NCBI RefSeq assembly: GCF_006345805.1
Contig: NC_043002.1
Coordinates: forward strand, 75,206,001-75,270,000
Direction of reading: 5' to 3'
Source of the DNA: Octopus sinensis
Taxonomy: Eukaryota
DNA: 64,000 nucleotides
The notes under the pieces are model-generated. The model was given only the letters and a program-made list of their open reading frames with translations, ran no database searches and was not told the DNA's origin. Made by a program: the position numbers and the translations under genes. Shown here piece by piece: positions 60,935-64,000 of this stretch. Within the stretch, counting starts at the first letter, position 1; each line of letters begins with the position of its first letter.

Positions 60935-62664
60935 GCACACTTTTTTTTACCTCTGGGATGTGTTCATGCACACATGCATGTGTGTGTGTGTATATTTTTG
61001 TTGAAGCAGTCATTGTTGTCATAGTATATAGAGTATGGGGCTACATTATCCATGCTATTTTTATACTTCTAGCATGTCTAGTGACCATGAAAAAAAAACT
61101 CTTTTTTTTTGCTGCCTGTTATGACAAAAACTTGAAGAAGAAACAATTGCAGAACATAACCAAAGCTGATATCTTTCAAAAGATCCTAGCCTCAACCTTG
61201 GTTGTCTTACCTGTCTCCCTTGTTGAACCAATTTCTAGAAAGTATTTGGTTATAAGACTATCTTAATAGATAATGTACAAGGGGATGTCACAGGCAGGCA
61301 GTTCTATAGTTACAAAGCTTCTAGGAATGCTACCAGAGAGCATTGCTCTTAAAACTGATATCATTATGGAACTTTGTTACTCTAGCAGCCAATAAAAAAT
61401 TTAATGATTGCTTATCATTCCTGTCCCAATCCGGCATGTCGTGGTGTTTTGTGAGTTTTTTTTTTCCTTTTGTTTTTTACTTTTTACTTTCAACTAATGA
61501 TCACAGCTAGTTTAGTACATACAGGAAATATATATTTTATTTACTACTTGTGCTGTGTCAGCTTCCTCTAGTTTTTACATTAAGTTATGGACAGAGTGAA
61601 GCAGATGTTAGTAATTCTTATTCTCTCTTTCTTTCTCTATCATTCTCAATTTCTTATTATATTATCTCTCTCTTTCTTTCTCTCTCTCTCTCTCTCACTC
61701 ACTCACATGTGATGCTATTTCTAAACTTCATGTGTACAGAGCAAGTGTAACGCTTTACAATTGTTGATGGTGGGGGTTTGTGCCGGGTGCTTCTGTCTAG
61801 ATTCAATGGACTAGATAATATTACTCATTGAAAGCCATTAAATCTAATAAACATTTGTATAAATGCTTAAATACACACTAAAATGTTTTTACACATGTGC
61901 TCACTGCATATGTGCAAGCACACACACAAGCGCACATACACATGCAAAGCGCAGATGCATACACACAAATACACCCCGAGTGGCAAACATTCTGTTGAAT
62001 TCTTCTGCTGAGGATGTGTATTCAGTTGCAGTTTTATCTCACTTATTCCTTTGATGTTATTTAATCAGCTGTTATTATGGTTTCGTTTTTCATTCCTTTT
62101 GTTAGTTTATTACTTTTTCTCCTTTGAGACAATTTGATCCCTCCACACTGTAAACTACCCAACTATTTGCCAGTTTTCAGTCAGTCTGGCACTTTGACAC
62201 AGACTTCAGTCTTTCTCTCCTCTTTTCTGCCTCCATCTCTCTCCTTGTTTCTCACTCTTTCTCTCTTCCTCTCTAAAAAGAGGGTCAAGAAGACCAGTTT
62301 AATCGCCTCTGCTTAAAATGCAAAGCACAAATACTGGAATCTTTATTTGAACTCCTGTGATTGTATTACTAAAATGACTACTTCTTATCTTTTCATCTTG
62401 TTCCAACATACAACTGTAATATTGATAAAGCAGAAGTGTTTAACCTGCTGCTTTACCAGTTTCTAGTCAATTCTAACAATTTCTGTCTTTGACTTAACAT
62501 ACTTATTCTGTCACATCTCAATCGCAGCCGGAACTATCAAATATATGACTAAACGTACCAAATGTTCTATGATATTTAGTTTCACCCATCCTGATACTGA
62601 GTTCAAAGTCTCTGAGAATTTTTTTCCTTCCTCTTCCCATCAATGGATTTGTGTCAATGTCAAT

Positions 62665-62830
62665 CATCATCATCATCACCACCACCACCACTTAATGTCC
62701 GTTTTCCATGCTGGCATGTGTTGGACGGTTTTCACAGGGTTCAGTGAACTGCAGGTTTGCACCAAGCTCCAGTATCAGCTCAGGCATAGTTTCTATGGCT
62801 GGCTGCCCGCCCGCCCTTCCTAACACAGTC
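62665..62830 (-). mobile_element. RTE-type 3' UTR/tail copy
   Basis: (CAT)n(CAC)n tail, TTTCCATGCTGGCATG, TTCTATGGCTGG...CCCTTCCTAAC. Confidence 0.75.
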
Positions 62831-63102
62831 ACTTTATAGTTTACCTGGTTTCCTTTTTTTTGTGCCGCCAGTTCTTGATGTAGCTGAACAGCTTACAAAT
62901 AAGAAAAGACCAAAAGAAAAAAAAATAACTCAAAACCTTGTTTTAGGAATGACTTATTTTTATTTTTCAAAAGTCCATGAAACTCAAACCTGTAATATAT
63001 TAATGTAGATGCAGTAGTTTATATATGATGGATTCTCTATGGTTCAGTAAAATAAAGCATTAATCATGTTCTAAACACACACACACACAGAGTGTATTCT
63101 TT

Positions 63103-63356
63103 ATCACATGACAAATCAAACTATTAGATGTTACACATCACTAGTCACAATGCACTTTGCATTGTTTTAACCTTTGAATGATGCCACCCTGCTGGTTAGG
63201 CGAGCAGGGTAACATTCCCCACTGACTGAAAAGGCGACTGAAGCAATGTGAAATGAAGTGTTTTGCTGAAGAACACAATGTGTCACCTGGTCTGGGAATC
63301 AAATCCATGATCTTGTAATCATGAGTGCCACACCCTAACCACTAGGCCATGTGCCT
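63103..63356 (-). mobile_element. tRNA-derived SINE (family C)
   Basis: Head and tail match 911-1217; the middle segment differs. Confidence 0.75.
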
Positions 63357-63711
63357 TTCAATATATTTGCTTTGAAATTTATCAAGCTGGTCTATTCATC
63401 AGAGCTAAGGTGATGATTGGATCCTTCGTTATCTCATCAAGCGAAGAAATGTGAAGAAAGCCAGGATTGAAGAAATAACAATTTATGTGTTTTTGAATTA
63501 AATTTAAAAATAGATAATGTAAAAGAAAAAAAAAAAGTGGGGACTCATCTGAATATTTCCTACAAGTATGTTTGACTAATTTGTAGAGTGACACCAGTTG
63601 TTTGGGAACCTCATAATAAAGAATTCATGGTTACAACTCAAGCCGGGTATGGCAGAATCATATTCACACTTTTTACTCCTATCAATGTAAATAGTTGCAA
63701 GAACTATATTT

Positions 63712-64000
63712 TATCTTCTGTTTCATTCATTGGAATGTGGCCATGCTTGGGCACCACCTTGAAGGGTTTATAGTCAAATGACTTCACCCCAGTACTTATT
63801 TTCTTTTTTTTACAGTCTAGTTCTTATTTTATTGATCTCCTTTGCTGAACCACTACAACATGGGTATGTAAACAAGCCAGCACCAGTCAAACAGTGGGGA
63901 GACAGTCATACCCATGATGAGCTTCCACACAGTTTCTGTCTACCAAATTCATAAGGCGTTGCTTGATCCAGAACTATAGTAGAAGACACTTGCTCACAGT
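63712..64000 (-). mobile_element. CORE-like tRNA SINE, running off the window end
   Basis: TCATTGGAATGTGGCCATGCTTGGGCACC tail...ACTATAGTAGAAGACACTTGCTCA CORE segment. Confidence 0.7.

Overview
AT-rich eukaryotic genomic DNA, dense in microsatellites and decayed transposable elements, with one 100-N assembly gap (7161-7260). The repeat families (tRNA-headed SINEs with CORE-like and Deu/Nin-like bodies, and (ATG)n-tailed RTE 3' ends) resemble those I recall from octopus. The taxon is an inference, not a database result. I could not recognise any cellular protein-coding gene with confidence; nearly all ORFs in the track are microsatellite translations or antisense shadows of TEs. Well supported elements: a 5'-truncated CR1 LINE (15.7-16.2 kb), RTE LINE fragments and 3' UTRs, a decayed R4/Dong-like LINE, an internally deleted Helitron (58.3-60.0 kb), two Helentron-type HINE elements, three TTAA/CCC-GGG MITEs, a hAT-like MITE, a 444-bp mariner-derived fold-back element and more than 25 SINE copies. 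The most notable observations are three Penelope-type hammerhead-ribozyme-like motifs (11.8, 23.2 and 60.9 kb), the long mariner hairpin, modular/nested/tandem SINE architectures, and a few CpG-retaining candidate promoters and short candidate exons that need RNA-seq. There is no CRISPR array, rRNA or true tRNA. I found no clearly novel multi-gene system. All alignments and folds were done by eye.
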